A DNA stretch of 63,540 nucleotides, counting the filler, from Octopus bimaculoides (lineage: Eukaryota): the NCBI RefSeq assembly GCF_001194135.2. It is 5 parts of 4 records of this genome, joined end to end, with 100 filler letters (N's around TTAATTAATTAA, not from the genome) between each part and the next. Parts side by side here need not be neighbours in the genome. Positions count along the whole stretch, not along the records: positions 62,464 to 63,540 come from NC_069004.1; 4 more parts are not named here. The stretch is one strand, 5' to 3'. Both the position numbers and the translations under genes were made by a program. This document shows, one piece after another, positions 63,431 through 63,540 of this stretch. Each line of letters begins with the position of its first letter. Position 1 is the first letter of the stretch. The notes below the pieces were generated by a model. That model was not told where the DNA came from. It saw only the letters and a list, made by a program, of their open reading frames with translations, and ran no database searches.

Positions 63431-63540
63431 TCTCGCATTAGGGCGTCATGTAACCGCGTCCTATAAGTGAATTAAGTACACCGTAATTTATACATGTATT
63501 TATATATATATGTATATACACACATACACACACACACACA

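Overview
This is AT-rich, gap-riddled eukaryotic intergenic or intronic DNA. It is most likely from an Octopus genome, inferred from the tRNA-derived SINE families resembling octopus OK/OR SINEs and the very high microsatellite density. No host protein-coding gene, rRNA, genuine tRNA gene or CRISPR array can be supported. Almost all ORFs in the track are microsatellite or N-gap artefacts. The real content is decayed mobile DNA: five SINE families (here called A-E), L1/Tx1-clade LINE pieces, three Penelope-like (PLE) remnants, a restriction-like-endonuclease (R2/R4/Dong-type) LINE end, several mariner/Tc1 relics and a putative MITE. Two things stand out. (1) Hammerhead-ribozyme (HHR) motifs recur. 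A ~175-bp HHR module sits as an inverted pair (8541-8715 / 11374-11548) around a LINE chimera, and the right copy has an intact catalytic core. A tRNA-headed SINE ends in an HHR-like tail, and decayed HHRs accompany all three PLE remnants. (2) Two LINE chimeras 29 kb apart are reciprocal. RT(...YADD...QLPC) joins the gag C-half at 10530/10531, and the gag N-half joins (LPC...)RT C-terminus at 39786/39787. The 11-mer AGTTACCTTGC is duplicated at both joins, and the gag halves rejoin in frame. This is the pattern expected from excision and reintegration through a DNA circle, unless it is a mis-assembly. All alignments and counts were made by hand.
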